From: an uncultured Bacteroidales bacterium
GTDB taxonomy: Bacteria > Bacteroidota > Bacteroidia > Bacteroidales > VadinHA17
Assembly (NCBI GenBank): GCA_963816365.1
Contig: CAWFKG010000017.1
Coordinates: 28,415 to 92,414, forward strand
Reading direction: 5' to 3'
Length of the DNA stretch: 64,000 bases
Position numbers and translations under genes: made by a program. Position 1 is the stretch's first letter. Each line of letters starts with the position of its first letter. Of the stretch, positions 1 to 11,766 are shown one piece after another. The notes beneath the pieces are model-generated. The model did no database searches. It was not told the DNA's origin and was given only the letters and a program-made list of their open reading frames with translations.

Positions 1-1041
1 TCATAATTGCTTTGCTTTCAGGATAATTCTCAACAAACCAAATTAAAAAAGCAGTAACATCAATTGTTTCTTCAAGCATTTTTTTGCGTCGTTGCAGAAA
101 TTCATCCTTTATACCGGGTGTTTTTAATAAACTAACGGCTTTTTCTAACAAGACCTGTCGAATTATGGAAACAATATAATAATCCATAAATTTGATGCTG
201 TTCCAAGATATCCAAGTGAAATGGTGTTTATATACAAAGCTGGTGTACCCAGAATGGCACATTCTGATGCAGTTGTCGCTCCTTCACCAATGTACAATGC
301 AGCATAAAACAAAGCATGATGAAGCCTGTCGGGAGAAATTTGCAGCGCATATTTCTCAAATTCCGTGAGGTAATGGTTCTTTCACTTGAGATAAACACAG
401 TTAGCATATTTTGATATCTCTTCTATTAATTCAGATTTCTGCTTTAATGATAAACCGGATTGTCTGAAATCATGTGTTGCATTCCAGGATACAAACCTCA
501 TAATTACAAATTTTTCCTTTTCTTTTACATTCAATTCATTAAGTACTGAAATGTCGGGATTGAACCTCTCGGGATGCAGGTATGCAAGCTCATGAAATCC
601 ATTATATCTGATATGTTTTTTGCCAAGATCTACCTGTAATGACTGTGGTGAAAGTATTACATCACTTACAGGTCTGCTAAAAAACAGTTGTTCCATATTT
701 CCGGTATCTTCCAGGGCAATATGCTTCTTACCTGTAAGAAATGCAGCATATCCGGCATACATCGAGCCATGACTTAGATAACAGATCAGGTTTAAAGTGC
801 CTGGCTATTCTCAATATTTCATATGTAAATCCGAAAATGCCCAGAAGCTTCCTGAGAGATCCGGTTTGCTTTTTCCCGATGACAGCATACGTAAATCCAT
901 TTTCTTCAAGCAGACTGAGCCTGGTGTTCGCTCTTCCCTGACAGTAAAAAAAAACTCATGACCTTTTTTAATCATTTCATGAGCCATATTTTTAAACAGG
1001 TGGACATGTGCAGGATGACCTATATCTACAAGAATTTTCAT
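1..1041 (-). CDS. DUF354-family protein (GT-B/epimerase-like fold), reading frame broken at least 3 times; 3' end lies at or just outside the window start
   Basis: ORF 811..1041 begins MKILVDIGHPAHVHLFKN, a typical DUF354 N-terminus. ORF 382..762 and three further frames of 1..381 (ALFYAALYIGEGATTASECAILGTPALYIN / EQHQIYGLLYCFHNS / LLKTPGIKDEFLQRRKKMLEE) continue one protein. Confidence 0.6.
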
Positions 1042-1068
1042 ACTAATCCAGTCAAATTGCTTATCAGA

Positions 1069-1737
1069 TTATTTCAGAAGCCTGGCAATAACTGTTTCTC
1101 CTGCATAAACCTGTTCTCCCTCCCTGACCATAATATCACAATTTCTTGGTATGATCAGATCAGCCTGCGATCCCCATCTTATTCTGCCAATAATGGCCCC
1201 ATGATCAACTGTCTCACCTTCCTTTACAGAAATTATACACCTGCGAACATAACGTGCTGCAATCTGAACAACTGCAGCTATTATTCCATCCTCCCTCTGA
1301 ATTACTATTGTATTACGCTCATTTTGAACGGTGGATTCCGGATTATTCAGGCCCAGGTATTCACCCGGTGTATGCTTAACCAGTACAACTCGTCCGTTTA
1401 TCGGAGCTCTGTTCATATGAACATCAAATAATGTCATGGCTATGCCAATAAGGTAACAGGGTTGCTCTGGAATATTTGTCTTTGTAATTTCATTAATATG
1501 TGCCAGACGGTATTTCTTTACAGAAACCGGTATTTGTCCCTTTTCAAGCTCTTTAATATAGATAATCCTTCCATCAGCAGGTGAAACAAATTCATCAGGA
1601 TCAGAGGTTATCTTCCTTTCTGGATTTCTAAAAAACCTGTAAAGGAAAAGTAGTATAAATAAACAAAATCCTATAAACGGACTAAATATCAATAACAAAA
1701 CGGTTAAGCGAAATATCGCTGTAATCATATAAAGCAA
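1069..1737 (-). CDS. phosphatidylserine decarboxylase-like pyruvoyl enzyme (small Psd/Asd type) with N-terminal membrane helices
   Basis: Intact 222-aa ORF. The C-terminal half (FDVHMNRAPINGRVV..GEYLG..RWGSQADL) resembles small PS decarboxylase proenzymes, including a G-S self-cleavage site. The N-terminus is hydrophobic. Confidence 0.6.
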   Translation of the reverse strand: MLYMITAIFRLTVLLLIFSPFIGFCLFILLFLYRFFRNPERKITSDPDEFVSPADGRIIYIKELEKGQIPVSVKKYRLAHINEITKTNIPEQPCYLIGIAMTLFDVHMNRAPINGRVVLVKHTPGEYLGLNNPESTVQNERNTIVIQREDGIIAAVVQIAARYVRRCIISVKEGETVDHGAIIGRIRWGSQADLIIPRNCDIMVREGEQVYAGETVIARLLK

Positions 1738-2134
1738 AACCGAAAATATACTGATGCATTATACCCAGCATTATATTATCGGTATAGAGGAATCGTTTGT
1801 TAAATCCTCCTTTTGATACCCAGAAAATAAATGCTGCGGTGCTGTAAAGAAAAGAGGCTAAAATAATTATGATTATTTCCATTTTTAAGTATATAAGATG
1901 ACCACGCTATCGTCTGAGCATAAGGAAAGGCAAAAGGGCAATTTCTGCAAAAGATGGCATAATATCAGTAATATCAAGTACTGCCGGGGACGGAAATTTT
2001 CTATATGATCTTAATAATTTCGCCAAAAGGATAATGTTACCCTTGACAATGCCAGCCAGACTATAAGGAATATCTGTAAGGTAGTGGATCCATTCAGAAC
2101 CAGCATTATCCTCTAAGCTGATAATCCATCTCAA
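1682..2134 (-). CDS. hypothetical membrane protein; two fragmentary ORFs that may be one frameshifted gene
   Basis: ORFs 1682..1882 and 1907..2134 are hydrophobic and show no motif I recognise. Confidence 0.2.
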
Positions 2135-3082
2135 TATTATTCAGGTAATTATAAATCATAAGAGGATAGTTGACCCCGCTCTTAATTGCCATATCAACCC
2201 AGAGCCAGGTCCTGGCATTTACTTCAATAAGCTTGTACTCATTGTCCCTTGAGTCGAGGAGAAACTCAATTTCACAGACACCTGTAAATGAAAGTCTTCT
2301 TAATAGTTTCTCTGCCAATTCGACTAATTCCGGAATATCTGTCCATCGGCTATATGTGGCTGTTCCAAACTGTAATGGATGTTCCCTCATCTTCACTCCC
2401 ATCCAGTATGATTTTATTTCACCATCAATTGAAAAAGAGGTGAAAGAGACGGCTTTGTTCTTTTCAACCGGCACTAAATTCTGAAGGTAAATATCTGAAA
2501 ACGGAACTTTGTCGAATATGGAATCCAAAATCTTTTTTAAATTTTCAGGAGCATTAACAAGCAATGCTTTCTTCCCAGTCTTTTTATAAAATGTAAGTCC
2601 GTTTTTCCCCTTAAGCAGCAAGGGGAATTTAAGTTCTGAAAGTCTGATGTCTTCAGGATTATCAGGGAACCATGAAAGAGGAACCGGAACATTTATAGAC
2701 TGGCATAGTTTTATAAGAAGCTCTTTATTGTAAATTGATTCGAGTATTTCAGGTTTCGGGGATATAATTTTATAATATTCCTGCAGCCTTTCAATATTTC
2801 CGGAAATATTATAAACAGCATGGTCATTCGAGGGCAAAAGGACCCAATCCTTTATCCCTTCATTTAATGCCAGCCTTGATCAAGAAAGTCTATAAATTCA
2901 CCCGATAAATAATCCGGACATTTAAAGAACTTTTTACAGTACCTCGAATAATGGGCCAGGCAATTATACTCACTGACTACAATTACCGGGATTCCGGCTT
3001 TCCCAAGTGCCCTGGCATTGGCCAGCCCCTGCACGTGTCCTTCGATTACTACTACTCCAGGCAAACCAGCTTCAGGTCTCAC
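2106..3082 (-). CDS. ATP-grasp domain carboxylate-amine ligase, one frameshift near 2868-2880
   Basis: ORFs 2864..3139 and 2106..2837. VVIEGHVQGLANARALGKAGIPVIVV is the N-domain and FTGVCEIEFLLD..YKLIEVNARTWLW is the ATP-grasp core. The probable GTG start at 3082 overlaps the upstream TGA (GTGA). Confidence 0.6.
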
Positions 3083-3798
3083 TGCACAAAAATTAATCTC
3101 TTGATGCCATTCTTTACTTTTTGTGTACCATATTCCCACATCCAGATAAACAAATCATCTGACCAGCGTTGAGGATGAACTGTGATCATCAATTGCTCAG
3201 GTAATTTATTGCCAGAAGCTGCTGCAAGTATATTGTCAGAATTTTTCAATCGATTCTTTTAGCCCAGAAAATTCTCCTGAAATACCTTATCGCGGACGCT
3301 TGATCTCTCTCCGTTCCATTTTCGTCCTGTATCGGTCAGATAGAGCACATTAGTAAAATCGAGATCAAAATACGGTTCAGCAATTATCCCGAAATCACGG
3401 TAAGAATAATTATTCCAAAGATCACGGTTATCCCATTTTGAAGCCGGACTGCCATGCATGCAAATTGTTTTTACCGGATAGAAAGTTCTGAAATAATCAA
3501 GATTTGATTCAAAAGTTTGAATCGCATTTTCAGGTACACCATTTGATAATGCAAGATCCTCATAATGATAGCCGATTTCATGTCCCAAGGCAGCTATTTC
3601 TTTCATTACCAATGGATTATTGCTCTCCTTAACAATCCTGAAATAATACGTCCCCCTGATCCCCTTTGAGTTTTCCAACTTTGCAGTATTCAATGAAAGC
3701 AAAGGGGACCGGTCAACATCATGTCTTAAAATCACAACTTTTTCAGCAGGATCATGCAAAAAATCTTCAAGGCTCTGAAATGAATATCCATTGCTCAA
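3079..3798 (-). CDS. polysaccharide deacetylase-like protein with an in-frame TAA at 3259-3261
   Basis: ORF 3259..3798 (ILRHDVDR..GYHYEDL..CMHGSP..DTGRKWNGERSSVRDKV) continues in the same frame after the TAA. It reads ..LMITVHPQRWSDD.. to a TGA at 3079-3081, about 240 codons in total. Confidence 0.55.
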
Positions 3799-3895
3799 CC
3801 AGACAATCCAGTATCTCTGTAAATTTCTGAATCGTAAAATCGAACTGTTTATTCATTTATAGGTATTTAACCACGGAGTTGGAGCTCATGATCAA

Positions 3896-4232
3896 CTCAC
3901 CGCCGTCCCATAGACGTCAACTTAAGGAGTTGAATATAGTAGAATGTAAAATATTGGATATAAGCCTGATACATTTCCCCTCCTTTTGAAGGAGGGGTGG
4001 CCGGACCACTTTATAATTATGTTACAAATACTGATACCGGCCGGGGTGGTTGATTGTTTATTCAATTTCCTGATCTTTTCTTTTGAAGGTTTTTCTTATC
4101 TCATTTTTTACAAATTCAGGTTCCTGGAATACTAACGCTCAGCCCCCTTCAAAAGGGAGGGGAAACTTTTTTATGCAGTATCTCATTCATCCCCCAAAGC
4201 TTAAGTTGACGACTATGGGGATGGGGGTGAGT
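3896..4232. mobile_element. gene-less deletion derivative of the DUF559 hairpin cassette found at 56730-57506
   Basis: 3942-4131 is nearly identical to 56828-57018. The outer inverted repeat is CCATAGACGTCAACTTAAG / CTTAAGTTGACGACTATGG and the inner one is TTTCCCCTCCTTTTGAAGG / CCTTCAAAAGGGAGGGGAAA. Only about the last 25 codons of the DUF559 gene remain. Confidence 0.7.
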
Positions 4233-4347
4233 ATGTAATTGGCAAAAGAAATTCACAATCTACAAGATGTGTAAAAAGGTTATTACCAGCAGGAAGGGCA
4301 ATCAAATAATTTAATTAGCCTCTGTGTTACTCCTGTGTTGAAAAAAG

Positions 4348-5730
4348 CTAAAAGGGAAGTTTTATGGATTCATCCCTTATAATGAATTTTCTTTTCCCGG
4401 AAGGAAGCAAAGGTATTTCAGCAACTATATTGATCTCAATATCAACATCTTTACCGATCAAATCATCAAGACCTTCAGCAATTGCAGCTTCAGTTACTTT
4501 ATTATACCTGTCATTTACAACCAGCAGTACTTTTACCTTATCAGGTTTGGGTTGAACAACCTGGAATTGAATAATTTCTGCAAAATATTCAAAGAAAATT
4601 GTGAACGTATGAACAATTAGGAATTTCCCTGAAGGTGTAACCAGTATGTCTGAATTTCTTCCTTTAATCTGCCTGAAAGATGCTAAATTCATTTCTGAAT
4701 TATGACTTTCTTCCGATTTTTCAATTATATCCTGTGTGTCATAACGGATAAAAGGCATAGCAAGGTTCCATAGATCAGTTGTTATATGTCTTCCGAGAGT
4801 TGCAGGCGAGTCATTGTTATCAAGCACCTCAGTAATTGCATATTCCATAGAGGCAAGGTATGCATTTGCGCTCAGGACCTTCAAAAAACTGGGCACTGGC
4901 TTCGCAGCTGTACGAATCGAAAACCGGGGCGCCAAATGCCTTTTCGATTTTTTTACGGGTATCTGGAGTAAGAATATTCCCGGTCGTATTTATTGCCTTT
5001 GGAGAATATTGTATACTATTCCCATCATTGATCAAACGTGAAAGAAAAAGCAGGGGATCAGGGTAACATCTTATAAATTCGGGTTGAGATTGATTCAGTC
5101 TTTGTATTACATCTTTCAGATTTTCCGGTGTCAGATCCCTGATAAATATGTATTGGCTACGTGTAACAAGGTCCTGGAGTTTCTTATAAAAACCTGTCCG
5201 TGGATTCTGGCTAAGCTTCGCATAGGTGTCACCAAGACTGTATCCCATCCAGTACCAGCCTCGGATAGCACAGGCATAATTCATACTATAAGCTTCAGGA
5301 GTTATGAAATAGGTAAAAGGCGCTCCGGTTGAACCGCTTGAATTAAGACGAATACGCTTTCTCGGTGAGATATTCCTTGCAATATAATAATCCTGCAGGA
5401 TGTTTACGCAGATCATTTTTTGAAATAACCGGAATTTTTTGGAGATCAGCAATTTCTTTATATCAGAAGGTACAAGATGATGTCTTCTGAAAAAGATCAT
5501 GATAGAATGGAACATTTTCATATGCATGTCTTACCAGAAATCCGTAATCGTTCTTCCTGATATGTCTTCAGCTCTTCAGCCTTCCAGTACTGGCTTTCAA
5601 GAAGGAAGTGAAGTGAATCCGGAAATGGATTGTCCGGAAAAAATATCATTTGCCGGAAGAATGATATTTTCCTGTAACCAGTTATAAGACTGCCATTATT
5701 CCCGTAAAGCTTCGAGATCATTTTGATCAA
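4348..5730 (-). CDS. phenylacetate-CoA ligase / CapK-like adenylate-forming enzyme, 2 frameshifts
   Basis: ORFs 5518..5730, 4829..5527 and 4348..4935 join into about 460 aa. The AMP-binding motif NSSGSTGAPF is present and the C-terminal domain ends PLLPSGKRKFI. Confidence 0.7.
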
Positions 5731-5759
5731 CTATTTTACTTTGCTGCGCAGCGGAGTAG

Positions 5760-6812
5760 TTATCTTTTACAGTCTGAATACCCTGCCTGAGCCATTCCGG
5801 CACGAAGGTTGTCATCACTAACACTAAGATGAATATATTTTGCGAATGATTTAATATCTCTGTAATTATTTATCAGAAAGGCATTTACTGAATGAGTGGC
5901 AGCATCGCTTACATTACCGACATTTGATATAACAGGAACACATCCGCAGGCCATGGCTTCAAGCATTGAAGTCGGAAGGCCCTCACTGCGTGAAGGCATA
6001 ACCAGAATTTTTGACCTTTGAAAATAGGATTCCGTATCATCTATGTGACCTGTAAAGACAACGTTTTCAGAAAGACCGAGCATCCTTGCCTGATCAATAC
6101 AGTATTTATAAAGATAGCCATCCCCTATAAAACAAGCCTTTAAAAGATGGGAAATCCTTTTTTAACAGAGTTAGCATCTGCAGTACTTTGTCGGGACCTT
6201 TAAGCTTGCGAAAGGTACCTACAAACAGAACATCAATATCTTTTAATGTGGATGAATTAAAATAAAACTTCGCCAGGTTTATGGCGCCGTTATAAACCAA
6301 TACTTTTGAAGATAAGAATGTTATGGTCAGTCAGATAGCTATTTACAATGCTCCCTTTTGTGGTTATCAGGTCGGTATTCCTTTAATGCCCATAAATTCA
6401 GCCGTTTCAGAAACCATCTGAAACGGCTGTATGTTTCAATTTCCACAATACCCCCAATAAGTGAAAGAATGCATTTTGAACCGGTTAACCTGGCAGCCAT
6501 CAGACTATTAATTCCTTTCGGTATCAGATGATAGCCGTTTATTATATCAGGTCGTATTTTATAGGCATGGTAAATCAGTTGAACAGGTTCCGCAATGAGT
6601 CTTACAAATCTGGACAGGAACCGTGGTTTTATATTCAATATCCAACCAGGCAGGGTAATGTATACTGTTTTTGGAAGCGGAAGTGCTTCCTTTTCCCTGA
6701 AAATGTAAATACGGCTTACTGAAGGATTAATTGTAAAAGGTTCAGCTTTTGAGTAAGTAAGAGATTTGCCCATCCTTCCGACAACCAGGAAACAGATTAA
6801 TTCTTTTTCCAC
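5760..6812 (-). CDS. glycosyltransferase family 4, two compensating frameshifts
   Basis: ORFs 6339..6812, 6106..6300 and 5760..6083. The C-terminal motif is SRSEGLPTSMLEAMACGCVPV (E-x7-E). Confidence 0.7.
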
Positions 6813-7890
6813 AAAGATCCGGATTTAATCTTTATGTTACTAAATAAATATTCTTTCGATTGAGGACTTAATTTGAATATATTCCTGAAAAGATATAACT
6901 TCATGTGGAGCCTTGCATACAGTCTTTGTTTTCTGCATTCATGCAAATATGTTTTCTGATAAAGCTCGCGCGGACCGGCCTGAATCAGGTTCCATTTTTT
7001 ATCCCTGCCTGCATTGTCAGATAATACTTCCTGAGTTATTGAATAATCTTGGGTGAAATCGGGTTGTATCCTGAACTTTTTTACCTGATAATCAATTGAT
7101 TTGTCTTCATTAAGAACCAGATCAACGTACATCCCATTTCTGACATTTTTTGACCAGAACATATCAAAAAGAAAATTCCCAAGGCTGTAAATAATAATTC
7201 CTCCATGATAGTTTTCAACCGGTTGAACAACATGCGGATGATGACCAATAATAATGTTTACTCCATTGTCAATAAGCTCATGGGCAAGATCGACCTGTGC
7301 TGGAGAGGGCCAGGTTACATATTCATTACCCCAGTGGAAACTGAATATAATAAAATCCGGTGATTGTGTTTTAATTTCGTCCAGGGTGTTAAAAAGTATG
7401 TCTCGATCCATGGGAGCGATCAAGTTGCATTCCGGATGATCATTGATCGCATTAAAAGCTGCAAATGCTATTTTCCTGTCTTTGCTTCTGATAATGGCTA
7501 TTTTGGAAATACTTTCCTGTCTCGAGCCTATATGTGATGAATCCATTATCTCTCCAAAGAGTTTATAGTTGAATCAGAACCCTCCCTGCCATGATCGGGC
7601 ATATGGTTATTTGCAATGGAAACAACTGAAATGTTAAGGATCTTCATTAGACGCAGAACTTCAGGATTTCCTTCAAATGGCTTTTTAACAATATTGGGCT
7701 TTATCAGGGGAGCTTCAAGATTACAGAAAACTATATCTGAATTACAAAACGGATTGTTCTTGTTATCGGAATAATATTCAATCAGCCTCGTCATATTACT
7801 TCCAATCCCATTCCCCATTGTATAAGCAGTATCAGCAGGCAATATATCACCTATACATGAAATTCTTATAGACCCCATATATCTAAGCAA
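6797..7890 (-). CDS. CapA/PgsA-type (PGA_cap) metallophosphatase-fold capsule synthesis protein, one frameshift at ~7546
   Basis: ORFs 7546..7890 (SIANNHMPDHGREG) and 6797..7546 (FSFHWGNEY..IIGHHPHVVQP..IIYSLGNF). Confidence 0.7.
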
Positions 7891-7925
7891 TTAACTTTGT
7901 CCTTCATACTGCTTTCTTCTCCCTT

Positions 7926-8045
7926 GACTTAGAGACTTAGAGACTCAGGGACTTAGAGATCGAAGTACTGAGCAATGTCCCTTTGTCCCTTAGTCTCTTA
8001 GTCTCTCAGTCTCTTAGTCTCTCAGTCTTCAGTCACTTAGTCTCC
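7926..8045. repeat. empty imperfect hairpin of the GACTTAG / CTTAGTCT 8-mer family
   Basis: The left arm at 7926-7959 and the right arm at 7986-8045 are complementary at about 29 of 34 aligned positions by eye. The loop is about 25 nt. The right arm ends on the stop codon of the 8045..9447 gene. Confidence 0.8.
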
Positions 8046-9447
8046 TAACCCCTGCCTTTAAGTCTGACATAATTCCACCCTACTATCAAAATAACAGCAG
8101 CAACCAGGTAAACCGGATACCATTTTTTACTTTTCATTTTATAGATCCCATATGCTGCCAGGATTAACAGAAATGGCTTTGCAGGATAGGAAAACCGGAC
8201 GGAAGTGAACATCATTGCCTTAAGCAAGACAAATTGATAACCAATAACAAATGCCAGTAATACAGCCATCTCCTTTCTTTTATACCGCAGGGAATAGTAT
8301 AAACCATAGAAGCTAAAAAAAGCCAATGCAATCCAGAAAATATTTCCTGCTATATGATAATAGTATTCGGAATGTGGCAGATCCCCGGCATTTGGGACAG
8401 TTACAACGCTTGGAAATGGGGAGATATATGACAGAACGGCAAATACAGGTGAGCCGACCAATGCCACAAATGGATTTATTCTTTCCATATATGATAACCG
8501 CTCCTGTGTGAATTCATCAACATTGGTATACTGGTTATAATATTCATCAAATCTGCCAGTTGATTTAAGAAAATATACAAAAGCAATAATAATAATACCT
8601 GCCAGTAAAATATTAAATATTAATGGCCTCCGTTTCAGCTGCATAAAGAATGAAAAACCCGATACCATTAATAGCAAGTATACTTACTGCTGGTCTGAAA
8701 GAAAAATAAGAGGATTATTAATAAAAGTTCCTTAAGCAAATAATGAAGTTTAAAAGATCTTTGTGTTTTAACCATTAGAATAAGGGCCTCGATCATTAAG
8801 AGAACCATAAGACTTTCCTTCAACATTATTTCTGAATAAAACCATGATATCGGATAGAGAACAAGCAATATTCCCGCAAGTCTGGCGGCGGGTCCTTCAA
8901 TCAGCAGACTAGCTAATTTATATCCCCTTACAACAACTATACTGCCTACAAAACAAAGGAAGATCTTTATTACTACCGGAGATAGTCCGAATATGAAAAT
9001 CGGGAACATCAGAAATGTTGAGAAACCTGTATTCGAAATATCATTCTTATAACTGGAAAAAATATGAAGATAAGCATCTCTTATTGTTTGATCTTTCCAA
9101 ATATCAACCGCCTCATTGGCAACACGATAATAAACCATTTCATCCCTTGCTCCTACTGTAAAAAACATATTCCAGGTTTTATAGGAAATTATGAGCAGAA
9201 TAAGCATAGCTACTATCCGGATTATAAATGCAATCCAGAACAACTTATAAACAAAACTTTTTTCATTGATCTGATTGCTGCTTTTAGACAGAATTCTTAT
9301 GCCTGAAATTGTCAGTATAATTATAAATGTTGCAGAAGCAATCCATTCAATACCATAGATTTTTCCAGGGAAAACCAGATATAGAACTATAAATAGAAGT
9401 AATATGAAAACAATAATTTTCCTCTCTATGTCAGAAGTCCAACCCAT
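8045..9447 (-). CDS. polytopic membrane protein, GT-C (ArnT/PMT_2-like) glycosyltransferase or polymerase, one frameshift at ~8670
   Basis: ORFs 8668..9447 and 8045..8677 carry at least 10 hydrophobic segments. The first-loop motif GARDEMVYYRVANEA resembles the DE..Y motif of ArnT-type enzymes. Confidence 0.45.
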
Positions 9448-9453
9448 CGGTTA

Positions 9454-10548
9454 TTATAAATTATTGGCGATTTCTAAAAATTGTTTTGCCCTGCATTCAG
9501 ATGATTGTCCGAATGCAATTTTTATTCCTCTGTCAATTATCCCTTTGCTTTTAGCTTTAATTACTGCCTCTTTGATTTTATTTACAAAATCAATCTTATC
9601 AGCTGCGATAAAAACAAAATCTTCAAAGACATTGTATTCCGCATCTAACCTATAACTCACAAAGGGTTTCCCAAGTGCCAGATATTGATACTGCTTATTA
9701 TTATTAAGATAATGAGCATATTCATGGTCAGGTTTTGCTGCAACCAGACCGATATCCCAGTTAATTACATATTTCCGGAAAATCATTGAATGGAATCAAA
9801 GCCAAGATATTTGACATTAGGATAAGTTAATAACTCATTCCACAAAAGCTGTTCTTCTTTATTTAAATCCAGTTTACCAGCAATTTCAAAATCGTATTCC
9901 GGAAGATTCTTTGCAATAAAAATCATTAATTCAATATCGATAACGTAGTCAATATTCCCAGCTAATCCGATTAACGGATTTCGTTTTTTCTGACAAAAGA
10001 TGCCCATTTATTATAATTCCACAAGTCAAGATCCACTGTATTTGGCCATAACTGTATATTGTCCGGAATAAATCATAATACTTTTTAAAATAATAACTGC
10101 AAAGGCTTTTGCTAATACCCAAAATCAGATTTGCCCGATTTATTATAGGAAATTCCTTTTTGAAATTGCCGGGATAAAGTAAAATACTCGGATCACGAAG
10201 CAGATAGATTAATTTTTGATCCCTTTTCAGGTATGGGAGAAGATAATACTGATTTGGATCAGTAAAAAAAATAAGTTCATAATGACGAAAAAACGAAATC
10301 CATTTAAAAGATCTCAGAAAATGTTCAAAAAATGTAAGAACTCTTATTTTTCTTAACTTTTCTACAGTCCAGAAATGATAAAAGTAAAATTTTATATCAA
10401 GAGATATATTTTTCTTTCTTCTGATATTCAAAACAGAGTTAAACAACAGAATATCAAGATCCGGGTTTAACTTATGAATAGATTCAATCGTTGCTCTGCG
10501 GGTATAGTTAATAAAATCAAGACTACTGCAGACTGTTAGAATTTTCAC
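9454..10548 (-). CDS. GT-B fold glycosyltransferase, 2 frameshifts
   Basis: ORFs 9949..10548, 9783..10007 and 9454..9786 read as one ~360-aa protein. The call rests on size, context and a C-terminal Rossmann-like segment only. Confidence 0.45.
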
Positions 10549-11766
10549 TTATACCAGCGATAAAAGTTCGAAAGCAAATGCATTATAATTCTCTTCAGCA
10601 TTGAAATTCTCTTCCCAATTTCTACGCGAATACAGACGTTTCTTTCCCCATTTCTCCTTTTCTAAATAAACTCCATAAATCGCCTCAGCAATTTCAAGTG
10701 GGGAAGGATTGGCTGAAAGAAGCAATCCGTTTATATTATTTACTATCTCAGGTATACCCCCTACAGCTGTAGCAATTACAGGAATACCAAATGATTGTGC
10801 TTCCATGATTGATACAGGTATTCCTTCATTCGCACTTACAGTCAAAAACAGGTCAACTGGCTTCGATTTATAAAAACTGAATATTTCGGAGTGTGTCAGC
10901 TGGCCTGGTAAAAAACACTGAACCGAAGAATCTTTTAATGAGCTATTCGCCTTTTCTACGTATTCAACCAAATCACTTCCACTTCCCAAATGATACCATC
11001 TTACATTAATTGATGGGAATATGGTACTGAATAATATCAATGAATCTAAAATAAGATTTATTCGTTTGTTTGGATTAATCGCTGAACATGACACCAGGGT
11101 AAGACCAGTATTCCCTTTGGAAAGATTGGTAAATTCCGGATCGGAGGTTCCAAGACGGGAAAGATAATATTTATCAGAAAATTCAGGATATTTATCAAAT
11201 ATATAATTCCGGCCATGATCGGAAATCAGAAACAGCCTGTCTAAATTTTTTATTGTTGCCGCTTTAATAAATGTCAGACTTTTTTCTCCCCTCTCTTCAT
11301 ATAAATCGAAACCATGTGCTCTGCTTATCAGAATTTTAATCCTTCCTTCCCTCTTTAATAAAGCCAACGAAAAGGCGCTGAAATTAAGCCAGTAAGAATA
11401 ATGAACTGATGACTCTTCGGGTATTATTTTTGATAACCTGTTCTTTGTTAAAGTTGCAAATCCCAGGTATTTTAATGCTTTGAAAATAGAAATCTTTTTC
11501 AGTTCATTTTTTATTTCAGGAATTTCTAATATCAAATACCACGATAAAAGTCCGACCAGGTACATTCTAAAAAGGTGCCATTTTTTATCCTGAACCGGAG
11601 AAAGTATCTGAATATTTCCCGGTACATTTCTAGGGGCTCCATCTGCCTTGAAAGGTACTATATAAACATTATTAAAGTGAAGAGAAAGAATTGGGATCTC
11701 AGTTTCCAGGAAGGTCTCTGCGTTCCCAAATGGAAAACTATTTGTATATATTGTCAGGACTGACAT
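10549..11766 (-). CDS. glycosyltransferase family 4
   Basis: Intact 405-aa ORF with the motif SANEGIPVSIMEAQSFGIPVIATAVGGIPEIV. Confidence 0.8.
   Translation of the reverse strand: MSVLTIYTNSFPFGNAETFLETEIPILSLHFNNVYIVPFKADGAPRNVPGNIQILSPVQDKKWHLFRMYLVGLLSWYLILEIPEIKNELKKISIFKALKYLGFATLTKNRLSKIIPEESSVHYSYWLNFSAFSLALLKREGRIKILISRAHGFDLYEERGEKSLTFIKAATIKNLDRLFLISDHGRNYIFDKYPEFSDKYYLSRLGTSDPEFTNLSKGNTGLTLVSCSAINPNKRINLILDSLILFSTIFPSINVRWYHLGSGSDLVEYVEKANSSLKDSSVQCFLPGQLTHSEIFSFYKSKPVDLFLTVSANEGIPVSIMEAQSFGIPVIATAVGGIPEIVNNINGLLLSANPSPLEIAEAIYGVYLEKEKWGKKRLYSRRNWEENFNAEENYNAFAFELLSLV

Noticed and set aside
3259-3261. An in-frame TAA inside the deacetylase-like gene as a hint of stop-codon reassignment or programmed readthrough
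   Set aside because: It is the only clean in-frame stop I found. TAA, TAG and TGA all terminate well-supported genes elsewhere in the window, and all other interruptions are frame changes. A substitution error or an ordinary nonsense mutation is more likely.
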